A DNA stretch of 64,000 bases, taken from assembly GCA_012295275.1 (NCBI GenBank), contig CM022679.1:23002001-23066000 (forward strand), given 5' to 3'. Shown piece by piece: positions 35,932 to 50,761 of the stretch (positions are counted from its first letter, which is position 1; each line of letters starts with the position of its first letter). The translations under genes and the position numbers were made by a program. The notes beneath the pieces were generated by a model. That model had not been told where the DNA came from and searched no databases. It worked only from the letters and a program-made list of their open reading frames with translations. Origin of the DNA: Chrysomallon squamiferum. Lineage: Eukaryota; Animalia; Mollusca.

Positions 35932-38709
35932 ATGTACATATTATTTGTTATGCTAACACTTTTTTATGTCGTAGCACATATTTCTGTGTAATATTAAATG
36001 ATAAATGATGATAATAATACCAGCACTAATAATATAAATCAATCAACAATTTGTTCATAGTAACGATATCTGTATTTCGCCATGTTCTTTTTATTTTATT
36101 TTATTTTTAAATTCTGGATAGTTGTTTATTTGAAATTTTAGATGCCAAAGTATTCTCGTTATGTTTCGAGGACTTTTTATATCAAAACTGCAAAGATATT
36201 TGAGAATACGTTCTTTTATATTCCAACATTGTGAGATATATATCTGTAATACCTTTGTAAAAAATACGCTTGAAGATATTAACAATAATATTTTGTTTCT
36301 TTCTTTCGTATTCTAGACATTATCTACTTACGTTAGAAGTTTCTAACAAATAAACCTGTTAAGCAGAACGTATTTCTTTGAGAAAATTCGGACAGTTCAA
36401 AGAAATTGCGTTATCTGACAACGTGACTTCAAATAAACGAGTTAAGCGGATCGTATTTCTTCGAGACAATGTAACTGTGACTTCAAATTACCCAGTTAGA
36501 AATAGATAAACATTGATCACCCAGCAAGGATTGTCAAAAATGTTTTACTTTATGCGTGGATAGAATAGAGAAATAATAGCTATTGTTTCCTATTCTATAA
36601 AGGTCATAATTTAATGTTTTTAAAGTAATTGGTGGGGAGTAGGGCTAGCAAGATAGTTTAAGATGACTGCCTCCTATTGGAAGCGTTTGTTAGCATTGGG
36701 GACTGTATGGTCATCTGACAATGCAAATTCTGCTTGGAATTTAAGAGGGGCGACATTCTCAGAGAGAAAAGCGTTGCATTCTGGCCTTGGACATAGCAGG
36801 ATCTTAACCAACTGCTAGTGAAGGTAAGCAGTTTTATATTTAGTTACAGGTGTAACGAGAATCACTTTCTCAACTCTTTTCTGGGAAAGTCACGCCCTCT
36901 GTCTTGTCAGAGAGAGTGCCTATTGTAGACGTCCTTCACAACAGCTCTCTCTGATTAGCACGTTATTTGTTTTCTGTCTGGCTGTCTGGTAATTGAAGGG
37001 AGAAGGTAAGCGCCAACACGAGAGCTCAGTCAGTCGGGGAAAACCAAAGTTTTTGAACGCATTGTCTTTACGGAAGAACGTGGTAAGCCATTGTTTGTTC
37101 ATATTTTGATATACATTAATATACACACATTTTTAATTATTTAATCAGTCCTCCGTGCAGATTCTTATCTTATCTTGGTTTTCCCCGTATGACCTTACCC
37201 GTATCATTACTAAAAATGATTTAATTACATGTTTTATTGATTATATAATGTATTATCGTCAAGTCACATTTATATCATAATTAAATAATTAACTTGAACC
37301 TTAAACTGTGTTATGTTTATTTCTCCAGTGCATAGATCAGATTAATTGATTTTTATCACCTTCTGTCATTTCAGCGTTTGTATTCCTTGTTGCATGGCCC
37401 TTAAAGCACGTCAGCGAATGAGTGCCACGCGAATCTCGTCAGCGACATCTGACGGGTTTGTGATTGGACTTTGTTTTCCTGCAGCAGTTCGTCCCCAAGT
37501 ATTGTCTATGTGCAGAGTCTAATCATACGTACATAAGACAGAGAATATTCAAATTCATATACATACGCACAAACTCATATAAAGATAGATAGATATCTCT
37601 TTTTGCGTCTGTATTTGATATAAAAGTCTCTACATTCCAAAACGTCTCCCAACCTGCCCCGGTCTCTCCTATTTCTTTTCCATGAACCGGCCACCCCGAC
37701 AGACACGCAGATTCATTGCTCGTGAGTCTCACAACTGAGATTTTTATGATTACGGTGATTAAGTAAACGAGATCTAACCCTGCATGTATTACCCAAATTT
37801 CTTAACAATAACAGCTGCTCTAAAAATAGTGAATGATGAGTCATTGTGTTTATTAGCAGCCAACCTAACGATGAATAACCGATGAAAAGATACTGGTGAA
37901 TCAAAAACATAACACAAACCTATTACTGGTGTTTTACGTGATAATAAATAGACGATAGGTAGAATAACTAATATAATTATCCTTATATATATATATATAT
38001 ATTCCGTGTTTAGGCTAGAATCAAACAAGTGTTATTATCATATTAACGTTGCTAATTTCAGACACATAAATCATACTAATGTTTTGCTGGTGTTGTTGGA
38101 TTTTTTGTGTGTTTGTGTGTTTTCTTATTATTATTTTTTTGTTTTGTTTTGTTTTCGTCTTATAAGTCTATCGATTGACTTAGTGCTGATTTAATATGTT
38201 TCATTGTTGATATAATATTTATGTGATTATAAAAGAGTTCACAATCATCATAAATAATATAAAACAGATCAAAACAGACGTTTTCCTATGTTTTATCTTA
38301 CATGACACCCATTAAAATTATAATATTGTGTTCAGTCCTGAAATCTACTTCCATAGTTTCAGGACTTTATCAAAAAATGTTTTTCCATACTTATTCCATT
38401 TAATTTTAAAAGCTTACTGATCCCAAAATTTCATCGAAGTTGCATTTTAAAACAAATATTGATCTCTTAATATCTTTTAGTATCTAACTTATAAAATAGA
38501 ATCTACATGGTTAGAAAAATACATTATCCTTGTTCGACACACAAACACTGACATGCATACAGATTTGACTGAGAAAAATAATAATCCCAGATAATGTCAT
38601 TTTAAGATACAACACATTTTGATCATCTCTTTTGTTATGAACCTGTAGGTAAAGACATTCTCGCTCGATTTACATATCAGCCAGTAACTTTATTCTACTT
38701 ATGCTTACA

Positions 38710-38799
<90 letters not shown>

Positions 38800-39096
38800 G
38801 ACCCTATTACTACTACTACTACTACTACTAGTATGAAAGCAAGAAAAAAGAGAAATCCAGAAATCCCAGATTTGTCTGATAAACAGGCAAATCAACGAAT
38901 TGTGTAGTTTTCAGAATATCGTATATGAAATTGACTATGTTTATTTACTTAAGATTCTGGGTGGGTTTTTTTGTTATGTTGTCTTGTACTCGTTTTGAAC
39001 TCTTTGTTCTTCAGGATATCCTTCGTGTTTCTTCAGTGTGTTTATCTGGAAAAATGTATTGGTGCCACTCTTCGTTAAGTGACTTTATTTACTTTT

Positions 39097-39154
<58 letters not shown>

Positions 39155-39302
39155 CATCATCATCATCTAGCCATACGTTACGTGTTTGTGATTTGCTTTT
39201 ATCGGCTCTAAAATAAATGAATATGTCCATATAAAACAGCGATAAGTCACGGTATGACAATGTAACAGTAATAACATCAAAATTAAATAAACAGCTAAAC
39301 AA

Positions 39303-39349
<47 letters not shown>

Positions 39350-39688
39350 GAAATACAAAATCTTAAATAAGGTCCAGGGATTGCACCAGTTTAAAAACTA
39401 TTAGATTATAAACAAGATGAAATAAAATTATTAACTGATTCATATTTCCATTTGATGTCATCAATATTTGACATTCAGATAAGTCAATCGGCCACCTCCA
39501 TTTTCCGTACATCATCCAGTCTTAACGAACATAAGTGGGTCAGCCACAAATGTTTACCATTCAAACAGTTTTAAGCCGAATGAATTTGAACTATCATATT
39601 TTCCCATCACAATTTCCTTATATTTATCTTTTTTATTTTTATATTATTATTATTCTTTATTCATTTGTTTTATTATTATTATTATTAT

Positions 39689-39804
<116 letters not shown>

Positions 39805-39866
39805 TTATTTTGCCTTTTAAATAAAATTCATTTCGTAAACAACGTTCTGTGTGAAATTCTAAAACT

Positions 39867-39922
39867 TTCCCGGAAATGAGCTTTATAAGGCAATAATTAC
39901 AAGATCAAAACATTTCCTGGAA
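39867..39922. promoter_or_regulatory. Pair of STAT/GAS motifs upstream of IFI44L-like copy 1
   Basis: TTCCCGGAA (39867) and TTCCTGGAA (39914) both match TTCN3GAA. Confidence 0.5.
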
Positions 39923-40690
39923 TGTAGAATATGTATTTTTCAGTGATTCTTTCGACTTTCTGTTAAATAAATATAGTATAGAAAGAAATGCACTGCAATT
40001 TAAATTTTTGTTGAATCTAACATTTACTTCCTTGAGCTAAACAAAACTTCAGTTAATTCTAATTGACATATATGGATGTAATTTTCATATGGTTAATACA
40101 TTGTGTCTGTATTTGTTATTCCGGATTGTCTTCGCGAACGAACTTTTGAAACCTGTAATGGTAAATATCTGAATGATTAGTGATTAATTATTAGATTATG
40201 AGCGTATATATTTTTTCTCTTCGTTTTTTTATTTTTCAAAGTAACTACATAACGACAGACTAAACTTGAAAAACGAAACCATAATATAATTAGTCCTATG
40301 TTACAATCTGAAGTACTTAAATGATTACTATTCAGTGTGAATTGTCATCAGTAAATTTAATAAGGTATCACTGCAGCTCATTTGCTGGATAAATTTGGAT
40401 CATTCGATCCAAAGCGGTACATGTCACGTGACTCACTCTATACTCAGTAGGTTTGTCATACTACCTGAAACTTGTCTTTTGTCACTGTGATTATTTTAGT
40501 CTTAACCTTTAAATTAAATATTTCATTTTGTGGTATTAGAATTCGTGTTATAATATTACAATATTATCATTTTAAAAACCTATGCAATTTAATTACACAT
40601 TTTTGCAATAATTACTTAAATAAAGTCTCCACTAAATGTCTGTATGTGTGTGTCTAAGAATTTTATTATTTTATTTTCAGATTTGAAAGA

Positions 40691-42347
40691 ATGGCTGTGG
40701 TTTTTAGTGACATTGACAAGAAACAAATTTCAGAATGGATAGGAGGAAACAAAGATTACACTTTGCTGTTCAAAGCCTCCAGAGATGGATGTAACGCCTC
40801 AGACATTTCACACAAGATGTGACTACCAGGGTCCGACTATTACACTCTGTTACAATATAGATAACTGTGTGTTTGGTGGATACAACCCACTTAGCTGGAA
40901 CAGCTCTGGAACATGGACAACAGATAACAATGCTTTTCTCTTTCGACTGAAATTTAAAGGAGCTAGTTCTCCCAAAAAATATCCTATTAAAGCAAATAAT
41001 AACAATGGAATGTTAAATCATAGCGCTCATGGACCAGTATTTGGTTCTGGCCATGATTTAAGCCTGTTCAAAATAATATTGACAAAACTGGAAACTATTT
41101 TCAAGGAAATACTACTTGCAAATTTGGCACTAGTTATGAAGCATATGGTGAATCTTTTGACCAGATCACAAACAACAACAGTTATTTGGACATTGAAGTG
41201 TATCGCGTCTCGGATGAAAAAACAACACCTTCCAATCGTGGTAAGGTCCAAAGCTATGTTTTTAAAAAAAATAATAAAAGGTAGGTCATTAATATGTATT
41301 GTCATAATCACACATGTTCAATATCTCTAAAGAACAATTAGTATAGTTGTAGATATGTACAAAAAAAAAAAAAAAAATATATATATTTCTTTCTAATTAT
41401 TAAAATATTAATCATTAATTTTTCAGATGCTTCAAAAGAGCTGGAAAGACTGTGGCGCAAAATGCCAGAAGTTTCAGTGAAGGTGAAAACCAAATAGTAA
41501 AACCCAAAATTTAATTTTCAATTTTTTTGTTTCATTTTTAAAATCAAGATTTAATTTTCAATTGTTTATTTTATTTTCTTTCTTCTTTCAGGATGGCATC
41601 TGTGATAAAGTTTTTGCTTTTGGGATATGATAATGTCTTGGTTTAAATTGGTGTAAAGTATTTCTCTTTTCTACCTGACAGTCATTACTGGTTACTGTAT
41701 TTTTTTGCGTTACTGTAATTTAAATATAATCTGAAATAAATAAAGGAAACTGTGAGATTCATATACATTTTTTTCTTTGTTATTTTGTCAGTCGCTGAAA
41801 ACAGATTTAGAGAAATACTGTCCACCAGACAGCACCAAAGTTCCATTTGTAAACATACTGCTGATTGGTCAAATTGGAGCAGGAAAATCCAGTTTCTTTA
41901 ACACAGTCAATTCTATTTTCAAAGGGGAGATAACAAGCAAGGCAAGGAGTGGAACAGCAGAACATAGTCTGACAACTACTGTAATATTGTCTCTATTTAA
42001 TTCAGTCTTTCAAAAATAACATCTATTTAATTTACAAAATAATACAGTTATAATCTTCCATTATGGCAAATCTTTAATCACTGAGCACTTACCTACACAG
42101 AATTATTAGGCATATCTATGAAATGACAGAAGCCAGATGGAATCAAAAATAACATGTATGACATAATGAATATAAACATTTGAATATTAGCAAAAGTCAG
42201 TATCCTCAGATTGTGATTTAAAATCCCTGATTCAGTGAACAAGATGACAAGTATCATGATGTCTCTGATATATAGGTATTTTCTTTAATGTGTCAGTCAA
42301 CAAATCATCAAGTTTAGTTGCCAAATCAATTTTAGTAAAGAGACTTT

Positions 42348-42412
<65 letters not shown>

Positions 42413-43418
42413 AAAAAAAAAATAAATAAGTAAATAAATAAGTAAATAAATAAATAAAATATAAAACATTGTCATTTTTCTATTTCTGATATACCTTTAT
42501 CAAGCACAAACAGTTTAGTTTGCAGCATCTTGAATATAAACTCTAACTCAGAAAACTATCAAGAATTCATAGTGCTAAAGCTGCTTTTCTTAAACTCTGA
42601 TAGAAGATGTTAATAATGTGATATCATGTGTCTGTCTCCAGTTTCGAATGTACCAAATAAAGTCTGGAACATCAGGGAAACCTTTGAAATTTCGACTTTG
42701 TGACACCAGAGGTCTTGAAGAAGACATAACTTTGGATCTTGTGGATCTGATTGCCATCATAGAAGGACATGTATCAGACAGATTCCAAGTGAGCAAATTC
42801 ACAGATAATCAGACAACTAATAAACACTATTTATTTGTAAGAAACTATACAAACAGTTATTTGAGCACGCACACACACTCACTAACTCACACATTCCTGT
42901 GTATACATACAATTAGTTGTCAGTTAACATTTTAAGAAAATGAAAATAAAACTGTAAATGAATGTCTCCAGAAAGAATGTTTGTTTATTCTCTGACTGTC
43001 ATTGTGTTCCTTGTGAAGTCTGTTTATCAGTAAGCAGTCATTTCTGTATATATTTATTCTAAAAGTGTATAATAAAAACGTATCTGTATAATCCATCTAC
43101 ATATAATTCTTTTTTCTCTTAGTTCAATCCATCAAGTTCAATAACACCAAAAAGTCCAGGGTACATCAAAAGCCCCACAATGGCTGACCAAATGCACTGC
43201 ATTGCCTTTGTTGTAGATGGCAGCACTGTGGACATGATGCCAAAGCATATTATAGAGTTGTGGAAGAATCTTCAGAAAAGGGCAAATGATTATGGTAAGT
43301 GCAGTATCAACAACGTGTTAAACATATAGTTAATTGTTATTTTCAAAATTCGAAATCATTATCATGTTTTTTTTATTATTAAGAGGAAAAAATATTTCAC
43401 TCTTAATAATATTCATTT

Positions 43419-43487
<69 letters not shown>

Positions 43488-43810
43488 TGCAAAGTGTTAC
43501 TTAAATCTCAAACCATTTATATTTTTGCAGGATTACCCCAGGTGGTCATTTTGACCAAAGTGGACAAAGTTTGCCCTGTGGTTAATGAAGATGTCAGCAA
43601 AATGTTCCTGAGCAAAGCACTGGAAGATATGACTGAGAAAGTTTCTGAACTGATGGCAATTCCACAGAATCATGTGTTTCCTGTGAAAAACTACGAGAAA
43701 GAAGTAGAGATGGATGAAAATGTCGATCTGTCTTCGCTTATCTGCATCAAACGGATGCTACGTTTTGCTGATGATTATTTGGAAGATAATCTGATGAAGA
43801 TGAAGATTAA
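40691..43810 (+). pseudogene. IFI44L: IFI44L-like copy 1 (TLDc + P-loop GTPase-like), three 1-bp indels as assembled. Exons 40691-41240, 41427-41482, 41792-41980, 42642-42788, 43123-43294, 43531-43810
   Basis: Exon-by-exon paralogue of copy 2. +1 at ~40797 (stop at ~40820), -1 at ~41070, -1 at ~43793. May be an intact gene with consensus errors. Confidence 0.8.
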
Positions 43811-45532
43811 ATATAGATTAATTCAAGCTCTCTCTGACTGTATATTATATCAACTTTTAAAATTTAAACATTTGATAAAATATTCATTAATCAGTTGTAC
43901 CGATCAGAATATTTCTGATAGTTTTGACATGTGATAGGCTGGTAACAAATCCAAATAGGCTAAATACTTTGAGGCAAAAGCTGTTGTGACTTTTTTATCT
44001 CTGCATTCTGTCAACAAGGTGAATACGAATATCATTCCAACTGGTATTATTTCTGAAAGATACTGATCATATCCTTTCATTATCATGAAAGCATTGTCTT
44101 GTACTCTTTTTTCTTCTTCTTTTTTTAAACTCTGATTTTATCATATACTTAAATAAGACAGAATATTGTTCAAGTGTTCTCCAAACAACTGACTTTTTTT
44201 AATGGAATAAATATTAGCAGCAGCAGTAGTCAGATATTTCAGATCTGACTAATTATCTGCTAATTATATGCGTTAGGAATATTAAAACATGTTGTGTGAT
44301 TCATTTTAATCCTTTGTAGACAATGTTGTATAACATGGAATTTTATTAAATCTTAGATTGATTTTAATATTTTAATATTTTATATACTGTATACATACTA
44401 ATACTATATATATATATACGAACAAACATACATTCATATATACATATTGATTTCCATGATTAATATCTTTTGTTAGTACATGTACTTATTATTTTACAGA
44501 AATTACAGAAAATAATTTTCGGTGTTTAACTTTTTTTTCTTAAATTTAATGGAAAAGAAAAATGTAACTGCTTTTTATAACACATTGGTTACAGGAATAA
44601 AGACTGATTTTTATTATCATATTTGTTATTGTTCTTTTTCCTATAGAATTTTGTTTGTTTGTTTAATATGTTTATATTTGTAAAATGAATACTGTCTCTT
44701 TTGATGCTCCAACACATCTTGGCACCAAACACGAAAGACAGAGAGGTAGTCCTCGCTGCAGTAACAACATACATTCTGAACACAAAACACAAACTTTGGA
44801 CTCTTTTTTTTTCTTTTCTTTTTATGACACAAAAACAAACAACAGTTATATGAATTTATTGACTTACGGATTGATTGGTTGAACAGCTGATGGATCTATG
44901 GATGGATCGGCTGGTTGACGGATCAATTTGAATAGCCAATTAAATTAATAATTAAAAACAATTACTATATGTACCTAGTTTCAGACCATACTAATCCGGG
45001 TTTTTTATGTTTTTTTTTTTTTTAAATATAATAAAAATGAAAATAAGTTCATGTTCTTCTTCTTAGCTGCAGGTATTTATAACATCTTTTAAAATAAAAT
45101 AAAATAAAATAAAATAAAATAAAATGTAAATAAGTTAACTACATTCATGTTCTTATTCTTTTAAGTTACACTGTTTACAGCATCTTTTAAATCAATAAAA
45201 ACACCATTGGCAAACAAATAACAAAAAAGCAGACAAGAAGAGAACAAACAAACAGGACCCAACCAACACAGACCCGGTGATGACTAGGAGACCTTCAACG
45301 CGCTAGACAAGTGCCGGAAACAACAAGGAGCGGATAACGTCTACGAAACATCGGAACCGACTCGTTGCGATCCGATATGCTGGACACTCTCAGCTTGCTC
45401 TGAGTAGCACGTTAATTTTTTTCATTTCATTTCATTTGTTAGGGCAGAACTGTAGAACGACTGCCGTGGAACGGTCGCTGTCGAATGAACACACTGGTGT
45501 AACTAGTTACATATAAATAAATAAATAAATAA

Positions 45533-45573
<41 letters not shown>

Positions 45574-47467
45574 CTGTTTTCATTGCATTAACCCATATGT
45601 GACTGGTGTGACAGATTACTACATTTCTGTTCATCTATATTAGTCTTTATGACTATACTGAATGTTCAACGCTAGTGCGAACACATTTTTTTTTCTTCTT
45701 TTTCTTGTGTTCTAGTGTACAAAAACGTGAATACGGTATTCATAATATACTGCATACATAGATCCATATCTGATACCCCTATGGAAGCCAACTCGAGTAG
45801 TAACCTGCCCGAGACAGATACATACTGTACAACTTAGTGGAATCCTCGTGACTCCGAGAAATCAGTACTAGAATATACGCCTGTATGTCATATTTACATG
45901 TAAATAATAAAAAGTACAAAACAATAAATGAAACAACATTACCAATAATCCCTATTTTTGTTTAGGAAATTGTAAATATTGTTTCCTTGTAATGACACTG
46001 CTAAATGGAATATGATTTAAACAGAAGAAAAATATCACGTATAATAATAGACAGTTCCTCTGTTCGAGTATAACACTCCTTGGTATGCACGTCCCGTTGA
46101 ACACTCATCCGCAGAGAAACTGTGTATTATTATTAATTATATTTTTTATATTGCAGTTATATTAAAGTCAGTTAAATAGAAGCGTGCGACGTAAAACTGA
46201 ATAAATATTCAAAGGAGTTACCTCACACTGTTATGCCATCTGAATCACCATGTCCATTTTAAAATGCACACATTGTTTGTTTCTTGCTTTGTTGGTTTTT
46301 TTTTTTTTCTCAAAAAATATAACTGATCAGGGAATTTCTAGTGAAAAAAAATAGAAAACTTTCGTTCGATTTTAAACAGGAAAAACATCATTTTCAATGG
46401 AAGTTTATGCTGTCTCAAGTGACACTCTTTCTTTGCCTTCTTGTGGCATTAGAGAAAACGCGAAACGGACGAAAAGTAACAATGTGTATTTTCATTAAAA
46501 AGCAATAATAATGAAAAAATAAATAAAACTAAAAATCTGGCTCATTTTCAACTAAACAAAAACAAACAGTTCATTGCAAAGATGAAATGCTGCTCATTAT
46601 GATGGAAGACATTTGTTGTATCTTTGAAGAATAGTTTATTCGAGCCAGGCTGAGAACAGATGACAATTTTCAGCCGATTCAGGCTTCACGGCCATCTGCA
46701 AGGTGAAGGCGCCAAAATCTAACTGTACACAGTTAATTTTTAATGCCATACTTTCTTCTTTTCTCAACACACACAAGTGGAATACTAATTTGTGAGTTTA
46801 GACAATAATTGTAAGCCCTTATTTCGTTGTACACTTTAACAATATTGTAAAACGATGTACAATAAAACTTGCCAGTATCACTGGCTATTTTGTACGATAA
46901 CAATTTTTTGTTTTATTGTACTGCAGTATTCCATATATATCGTGGGTGTTTCATTGTATTTATGTTGAGGTGTTTTTTTCGGGGGATTGGATTTTTCCTT
47001 TAAGTGGAGTCGTAATATAAGTAAGCCAGGTAGCTCCTGTTCTTGTGTGACTGAAGAAACCCGAAAAATATTTTAGCAAGTAACTTTATCTACATTCGTA
47101 TTACTATTACAACTACTATTACTATTACTGCAATTAATACTATTAATGCTGCTGCTGCTCCTATTACTACAACTGCTACTTCTACTACTACTACTACTAC
47201 TACTACTATTACTGCTACAACTATACAAGCGAGAAACAAGTGAAATCCAGATATCCCAAACCTGCTTGATAAATGGCAAGATATCCGAATTCTCAAGTTT
47301 TCGGTACCTTGTCTATCAAATCGACAATATTTAAATAGTTTTTCGGTGGTAGTTTTGCAATGTTATTGGTGTTAGTGTTATTATCTTTCTTTGTGTTTCA
47401 GTACATCGTATGCGTTTAACTCTATTAGTCTTTTTTTCTCAAACAGCTGTAAGTCATTGTATTATTT

Positions 47468-47515
<48 letters not shown>

Positions 47516-47997
47516 CAACAAAAAACAATAATAAAATTAAAATAAAACTTTAAAATAAAAATAATGAAATAAAAAAAACATATAAAAAATAAAAAATATA
47601 TATTAATCTCAATTTAGGTCCAGTGGTCGCAAGATTTTAAAAACCTGTTAGATTATAAATCAGGTAAGTTAATATTTTTAACTGTTTGACATGATCACCA
47701 CGCCGACGATATTTGATATTCAGAGAGGTCAATCTATGACCTCGATTCTCCGTACATCATTCAGGATTAACGAACGTACGTCGTTCATCCACAAAGGTAT
47801 GGCATTCAAATCGTTTTAACCCGAATCAATTTGATCGATTTTATTTTGTCCATCATTTTTATTTATTTATCTTTATCTGTTCTGATTCCCCCCACACCTA
47901 CTTAAATAAAATTCACTTCGTAAAAAAACGTTCTGTGTGAAATCCAAGAACTTTTAGGGAAATGAACCTTATAAGGTCAAAATACTTCCTAGTAGAA

Positions 47998-48009
47998 GAA
48001 AGGGAAAGT
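47998..48009 (+). promoter_or_regulatory. ISRE/IRF-type element upstream of IFI44L-like copy 2
   Basis: GAAAGGGAAAGT matches GAAANNGAAA(G/C)T. Confidence 0.45.
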
Positions 48010-48519
48010 AGAGCTTGTATTTTTCCGTGAAATTTTTCGACTTTTTGAGAAATAACTTATAGTATCTAAAGAAGATACAGCAATTTAGATTTTCGTTGAA
48101 TCCAACATTTACTTCTGTGAGTTAAACAAAATTTTATTTAATTCTAACTGATATACCTGTAACATAGGGTGTTCATTTTTAAAAAGTTATCGGTATACTG
48201 TCAAAGATATAAGTCTCGGTAAGTGTTATTTTCATATCATTAACACAATGTGATTCTGTCTGTTGTTTTCAACTGACTTAACTTTTGAATTAAATATTTC
48301 GTTTTGTAGTATTACAATTGGTGTTATGATACTACAATATTATGACTTTAAAATCGTACACAATTTAATGACACCATTTTGCACTAATTAGTTAAATCAT
48401 GGGACTACTTACCGTATAATAAAAGGAAATGAAACTTTTAATATTTTCATTTAATATACGTATGTCTGTCTGTCTGTGTGTGTGTCTAAGAATTTTATTA
48501 TTTTTATTTCAGTGAAAGA

Positions 48520-50723
48520 ATGGCTGTAGTTTTTAGTAACAGTGACAAGAAACAGATTTCAGCATGGATAGGAGGAAACAAAGATTACACTTTGCTGTTC
48601 AAAGCCTCCACACATGGATGTAACGCTCAGGCATTTCACACAAGATGTGACTACCAGGGTCCGACTATTACACTCTGTTACAATATAGATAATTGTGTGT
48701 TTGGTGGATACAACCCACTTAGCTGGAACAGCTCTGGAGAATGGACAACAGATAAGAATGCTTTTCTCTTTCGACTGAAATTTAAAGGAACTAGTTCACC
48801 AAAAAAATATCCTATTAAAGCCAATAATGACAACGGAATGTTAAATGATAGCTCTTATGGACCAGTATTTGGTTCTGGCCATGATTTAAGCCTGTTCGAT
48901 ACTTATACTGACAAAACTGAAAATTATTTTCAAGGAGATACTACTTGCGACTTTGGCACTAGTTATGAAGCATATGGTGAATCTTTTGACGAGATCACAA
49001 ACAACAACTGTTATTTGGATATTGAAGTGTATGGTGTCTCAGGTGAGAAAACGCCACCTTCCAATCGTTCTAAGGTCCTAAGCGTTTTTTGATAAAAAAA
49101 AAAAAAATAACAAGCAAAAAGTCAACAGCAACAACAAAATAACCAGTACTTCATTGATATTTATTGGCATAATCATACATACATGTATATCTGCACACAT
49201 GCTCACTTTACAGCAGAATCAGTGTATTTGTAGATATGTACAAAAATAAATAAAAAATTACTTCTTTCTAATTATTAAAACATTAATCATTAATTTTTCA
49301 GATGCTCCAAAAGAGCTGGAAAGACCGTGGCGCAAAATGCCAGAAGTTTCAGTGAAGGTGAAAACCAAACAGTAAAACCCAAAATTTAATTTTTCAATTT
49401 TTGTTTAATTTTCAGTTGTTTATTTTGTTTCTTTCAGTATGGCATGTGTGATAAAGTTTTGACTTTTGGGATATGATGTTTGGTTTAAAATAGTATAAAA
49501 CGCTTCTGTTTTTTACCTAACAATCATTACTAGTTACTGTGTTTTTTGTATTACAGTAATTCTAATATGCTTTGTATTCAGTAAAGAAAACTGTCAGATT
49601 CATATACATTTTTTTCCTTGTTATTTTGTCAGTCGCTGAAAACAGATTTAGAGAAATACTGTCCACCAGACAACACCAAAGTTCCATTTGTAAACATCCT
49701 GCTGATTGGCCAAATTGGAGCAGGAAAATCCAGTTTCTTTAACACAGTCAATTCTGTTTTCAAAGGGGAGATAACAAGCAAGGCAAGGAGTGGAACAGCA
49801 GAACATAGTCTGACAACTACGGTAATATTGTCTCTATTTAATTTAGTCTTTCAAAATAAACATCTATTTAATTTACAAAATAATAAAATTATAATCTTCC
49901 ATTAATGGCAAATATATGTTTAATCAATGAGCAGTTATCTACACAATGAAATTATTCATAATGATGAAAACAAGTTGTAATTTTTGATATAGCATAAAAA
50001 CTCTTTGATTTAGAAAAATATCCTACATAAATAGTTATTTAATGATCCAAACAAAAATAAACCTTAACCCAGAAACCAAGATGGTATGAAAATAACATTT
50101 TGATGACAGTATTTTTATATGATATATTTTCTGAATCAAGCACAAACAGTTTAGTTTGTTTTAAAATCTCTTGACTGTGCAGCATCTTGAATATAAACCC
50201 AAACCCTCAAGGTTAAAATCAATTATGTTAATAAAGAGACAAGCAATGCAGCTTAATTGGAATATCAGTCTCAATGAATAGTATATTGGATAAAACTGTC
50301 TTTTAGGTTATATTTTATTTGTTTTACTTAAAATATTACTCAGATAAATAATAATAATGATAATAATAATATTAATATTATGAATAATAATAATAATGAT
50401 AATGAGAATAATAAAAATAATAATAATTATATTAATAATAATAATAATAAATTGACAAAATGAAATAAATTGTCATTATGATATCAACTTTCTCTCTCCA
50501 GTTTCGAATGTACCAAATAAAGTCTGAAACATCAGGGAAACCTTTGAAATTTCGACTTTGTGACACCAGAGGTCTTGAAGAAGATAGAAGTTTGGATCTT
50601 GTGGATTTGATTGCCATCATAGAAGGACATGTATCAGACAGATTCCAAGTGAGCACATTCTTTGATAATCAGACAACTAATAAACACTATCTATTTATAA
50701 GAAACTATAACCACAGTTGTTTG

Positions 50724-50761
<38 letters not shown>

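Noticed and set aside
36640-37130. GC-richer stretch that might be a coding exon or TE fragment
   Set aside because: The frames I translated contain stops and no motif I recognise.
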